From the NCBI GenBank assembly GCA_003707115.1, contig PPNB01000002.1:124001-188000 (forward strand): a stretch of 64,000 bases of DNA. The letters are read 5' to 3'. Positions 62,829 through 64,000 of the stretch are shown piece by piece. Below the pieces are notes generated by a model, which searched no databases, was not told the origin of the DNA, and was given only the letters and a program-made list of their open reading frames with translations. Position numbers and translations under genes: made by a program. This DNA is from Tortispora ganteri (Eukaryota). Numbering within the stretch: position 1 is the stretch's first letter; each line of letters opens with the position of its first letter.

Positions 62829-63836
62829 ATGCAATTCAATGATGCTATTGATAAAGTGTCAGAACTTGGGTTTGATGTCAACTTATTTCTGGCATTTGCT
62901 ATAGCAATTTCTGGTCGTGGAAATTTGCTTGTAACTGTGTCAGAGACCAAAATCGAACAAATATCTCAGGAACTAGACCGTTTCGCCTATATAATCAAAT
63001 GCGCGTCTACTGTTGTTAATGTTTCTAAAAACCCTACAGCTGAGAGATTTATACAAATCATAAAATCATTAAACACTAAAATGAACCATGTTATTATTCT
63101 AAAGAAATTGGATCAAGGAAGCGCTGCACTGCAGGCTACAGTCGCTGATCTGATTCAAACCAAATCAATCAAATGGCAGAACAATCTCGTGCCTCTCCCA
63201 TCGCGTGTGTGCATCGTGACATTATGCCTACCCGGGTTTGTTTGGCTGCGATCTCTAAATGACCTTTTCTTCATTGGCCACGATATACCAGACGACGAAT
63301 GCGATTCTGATGATAATGAAGACTGCAATAGCAACTACAGCAATACTAATTCATCTACTGACCTCACAGGTTCCTCAACTACTACCGTGAAACTAGTAAG
63401 ACCGTCTACTCGCAGGCCGACAAGATCAAAAAGTTCTTTAATACAGATAGATATATCTGTCATAGATAAGCTGCATAGTGCCGCTAAGGAAGTTACTATA
63501 GCTGCTGACCTGAAGCGGTATATGCAAGATCTCATAGTATTCTTGCGTCTCCACAGAGCAGTCTTACCTAGAGGCGTTTCAATGAGAGCTTCTAGAGACT
63601 TCGACAAACTAACCCGTATGTTGTGTTTGATACATAACATAAATTACGCTACTCCAGCTATAGTGGCAATTGCATTCAGAAAGGTATACACACACCGCAT
63701 GATACTCGCATCCGCAAACACTGATCGTTCCATAATGTGGGGCACCGACGTCGAAGCAACACGCGCATGGCTATCCCTATGGACCTCCGAAATGGTCATA
63801 GAAGACACTATAAATACAGTCATGTCACCGCTCTAA
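62829..63836 (+). CDS. Mtc2-like protein (degenerate MoxR/Mg-chelatase-type AAA fold)
   Basis: VIILKKLD..S..LQA..., V.I..DLKRYMQDLIVFLRLHRAV..GVS.RA, YATP.IV..A.RKVY.HR, DRSIMWGTD. ATG at 62829. Confidence 0.7.
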   Translation: MQFNDAIDKVSELGFDVNLFLAFAIAISGRGNLLVTVSETKIEQISQELDRFAYIIKCASTVVNVSKNPTAERFIQIIKSLNTKMNHVIILKKLDQGSAALQATVADLIQTKSIKWQNNLVPLPSRVCIVTLCLPGFVWLRSLNDLFFIGHDIPDDECDSDDNEDCNSNYSNTNSSTDLTGSSTTTVKLVRPSTRRPTRSKSSLIQIDISVIDKLHSAAKEVTIAADLKRYMQDLIVFLRLHRAVLPRGVSMRASRDFDKLTRMLCLIHNINYATPAIVAIAFRKVYTHRMILASANTDRSIMWGTDVEATRAWLSLWTSEMVIEDTINTVMSPL

Positions 63837-64000
63837 AGATTCGCTAGCAATTTCTTCGATCGGTCAACTGCGATTTCACACATTGCATCAATAGCTTCCA
63901 GCTTTTCAAGATCAATCCGTCCGCGATCGATCCTTTTTCGCATATTCTTCATAATTTCCTCCCTACTTCGGCCGTTCACAAACACCACATATATCATTCC
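63833..64000 (-). CDS. OHCU decarboxylase (urate degradation), 3' end only
   Basis: Own translation of the minus strand: GMIYVVFVNGRSREEIMKNMRKRIDRGRIDLEKLEAIDAMCEIAVDRSKKLLANL*. Matches the fungal YVVFVNGR...AMCDIA.DR C-terminus. Not in the ORF track. Confidence 0.82.
   Translation of the reverse strand, partial: GMIYVVFVNGRSREEIMKNMRKRIDRGRIDLEKLEAIDAMCEIAVDRSKKLLANL

Overview
A very gene-dense, almost intron-free fungal chromosome segment with about 35 protein-coding genes. The 5S rRNA sequence is of budding-yeast (Saccharomycotina) type. Complex I subunits, CHIP, a kinesin-3 and OHCU decarboxylase are retained, which suggests an early-diverging budding yeast (inference). Most genes are housekeeping: ATG3, BSD2, RBA50, CBP6, HPC2, TBCC, UBP2, VPS74, ACP1, IFA38, NUP170, PAA1, RNH203, OPI3, ERV25, NAD kinase, SDH5, HSP10, GLO2, TRM3 and VPS16. 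The standout is a two-gene hydroxamate siderophore locus at 14.4-30.7 kb: an L-ornithine N5-monooxygenase divergently transcribed from a ~4870-aa ferrichrome-type NRPS. The NRPS probably starts at an ATG behind a 49-nt intron that the ORF track misses. It has six T-C units but only two intact A domains, plus one degenerate A domain and an N-terminal C-domain remnant. The shared 290-bp promoter carries iron-GATA-like sites. Other points are two identical dispersed 5S rRNA genes in tandem, a 2.4-kb intergenic region with clustered Rim101/PacC-type sites before a secreted Pga29/Rhd3-like gene, a disrupted EF-hand gene, and several overlapping gene ends. All family assignments are from motifs recognised by eye; no database searches were run.
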